DNA from: a virus
Lineage: Duplodnaviria; Caudoviricetes
IMG/VR virus record: IMGVR_UViG_3300050121_000180
Coordinates: 1 to 55,469 of that record
Strand: one strand, 5' to 3'
DNA length: 55,469 nucleotides
Part shown: in pieces, positions 54,071-55,469 of the stretch
Numbering within the stretch: the first letter of the stretch is position 1
How the letters are laid out: every line of letters begins with the position of its first letter
The notes under the pieces: generated by a model
What the model was told of the DNA's origin: nothing
Databases searched by the model: none
What the model saw: the letters and a program-made list of their open reading frames with translations, nothing else
Translations under genes and position numbers: made by a program

Positions 54071-54769
54071 TTATTTAATCCTCAATTGGTCTTTGTTTAC
54101 AATTTGACCGTTTAAATTAATTCGATTTCCAAATTCTTTGCCTGCTTTGTAATGTTCCATATTAACAGTCTGTGCTTTAGCTTTAGAACTTGTTAAACTT
54201 GTTCCAGAACTTTTAATAAACATTTCGTTAGCATCCAATTCAGTTTTATAAATGTTGTGTAATACTACCGCATTTTCTGCTGAAATACCGTCTATTTTAG
54301 ATTCTTCCAGCATTTCCTTGACGCGCTCGCTAAGTCTATCCGCTGCTCCGATACTAAATGAGCGGGATTGAGGTGCTAAGTTATGCGCCCAATTTTTACG
54401 GCATTCTTTAAGAATGGAATTAATAACGTATGTGGAAATCAGAGTTGCGGTAATAACGTTGGATTGTTTGCCCACAAAATAATGTTTACCTTTAGTTGCG
54501 TTTAACTTTTCGCTTGAATAATATTTACAGAAGAATAGTTTTGCAATTGAGTTGCAAGTTTGTTTACACCAAACCATGTGAAATGTTTCGATAATATGTT
54601 TTTCACGATTTTCCATTGCTTCGTGATGTTGAGCGTCCTGCATTGTAAGGTTATGCCTTGCTAGAAACCCGTGAGCCATACGAAGCGCGTTATCGCGTTC
54701 CCCTTCAGTGGCTGCCGCGTTGTTTGCAAGTGCAAGAAGCTTTTTAACTTTGTCTAGAATCTTTTCCAT
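54071..54769 (-). CDS. DUF2786-domain protein
   Basis: ILDKVKKLLALA....TEGE...A...A...L.RHNL N-terminus. Confidence 0.85.
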   Translation of the reverse strand: MEKILDKVKKLLALANNAAATEGERDNALRMAHGFLARHNLTMQDAQHHEAMENREKHIIETFHMVWCKQTCNSIAKLFFCKYYSSEKLNATKGKHYFVGKQSNVITATLISTYVINSILKECRKNWAHNLAPQSRSFSIGAADRLSERVKEMLEESKIDGISAENAVVLHNIYKTELDANEMFIKSSGTSLTSSKAKAQTVNMEHYKAGKEFGNRINLNGQIVNKDQLRIK

Positions 54770-54796
54770 TTTATTTCTCCGTTTTGTTAATGCGTT

Positions 54797-54956
54797 GTCG
54801 ATGTATGTATATTCAATCTATTCGTTCTGTTAGTCAACAACTATTTTAAAATAAAGTGAAAATAAATCTACATATATAAGGAATAAAAATAAATACAAAA
54901 TAGTCGAAATAGTTGTTGACGAGTTAATCAAATAGATTTAATATAACTATATCGCA
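54797..54956. promoter_or_regulatory. Divergent pair of early-type promoters (TACATCG family)
   Basis: - strand TTGACT(54837)-17-GAATAT..TACATCG; + strand TTGACG(54916)-17-TAATAT..TATATCG; both have AATAGATT in the spacer. Confidence 0.8.
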
Positions 54957-54983
54957 GCACATTACTTAACTAGGAGATTTAAA

Positions 54984-55244
54984 ATGCTAACAGTTCAACA
55001 AATTACCGATTATACTGAAATTCAAATTAAACAATTAAGTTTAAAAAATCGTATTGATTTACAAGATGATTTAACACGTGATAATAACCATACCGCAGTC
55101 ATTCTAATTGACGCTGTAGTTCAATCAAACCAAACCGTAATTGATTTGATTTGCGCTATCTATACATTACAAACTGAACTTGGTTATTTGCCAATAGAAC
55201 TTGCAACGTGCCGTAATTTTTTATCAACATTATTAACTAAATAA
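54984..55244 (+). CDS. Hypothetical early protein
   Basis: AGGAG RBS after the early promoter. Confidence 0.75.
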   Translation: MLTVQQITDYTEIQIKQLSLKNRIDLQDDLTRDNNHTAVILIDAVVQSNQTVIDLICAIYTLQTELGYLPIELATCRNFLSTLLTK

Positions 55245-55342
55245 TCAAACGGGGCTCCAGCCCCAATTTAAAGGAACAAATCATGCCACGTTCAAAACTA
55301 GAAAATCAAATCATCAATATTCTATTCACTGTAATAACAATT

Positions 55343-55469
55343 ACGGGTTATTACGTTATTTTCTTTGTGAAAGGGTAATTAAGATGAAGTTATCTAAAAT
55401 GGATAAATTGAAAATCCGTGCAATATTTATGAGCTTAATTGCTCTTGGTGTTTTAGTTCTAACATTTGC
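55343..55469. repeat. Terminal direct repeat, copy of 1-127
   Basis: Identical sequence. Confidence 0.95.

Noticed and set aside
55343-55469. 127-bp terminal repeat as a biological DTR
   Set aside because: The length equals a common assembler k-mer and it cuts through small ORFs; best read as a circularisation overlap

Overview
This is an apparently complete, circularly assembled ~55.3 kb AT-rich tailed-phage genome; bases 1-127 are repeated at 55343-55469, most likely an assembly overlap. I recognised no integrase, CI-type repressor cassette, tRNA, rRNA or CRISPR array, so it is probably lytic. The host is probably a Gram-negative proteobacterium (lambda-R-type endolysin, sigma70 promoters, TraR/DksA-like gene). 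The + strand (8.7-27.2 kb) carries nucleotide metabolism, recombination and replication genes (MazG, ThyX, AAA ATPase, DUF669 SSB, Cas4-like nuclease, SF2 helicase, beta-clamp, B-family polymerase). It also carries a 7-deazaguanine DNA-modification cluster (queE, queC, queD, PRTase-folE fusion, dpdA), predicted to make dPreQ0 and interrupted by two HNH endonucleases. The - strand (51.6-27.2 kb) carries packaging, head, contractile-tail and lysis genes. Prim-pol, a resolvase, a likely origin and small genes lie at 3-8.5 kb. Five signals are not explained by this annotation. (1) A DnaA-box-like octamer TGTCCACA occurs at least 19 times inside genes on both strands, where about 1-2 are expected. 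(2) Four early proteins share one predicted DNA-binding domain. (3) A ~350-nt promoter-to-terminator non-coding RNA and nearby hairpins have anti-Shine-Dalgarno loops matching the phage's own RBSs. (4) An HIHIH motif plus [KT]-x-D sites is shared by the scaffold and small orphan proteins, a candidate capsid-targeting and cleavage code. (5) GATC is nearly absent. All family assignments come from motif recognition by eye, not from database searches.
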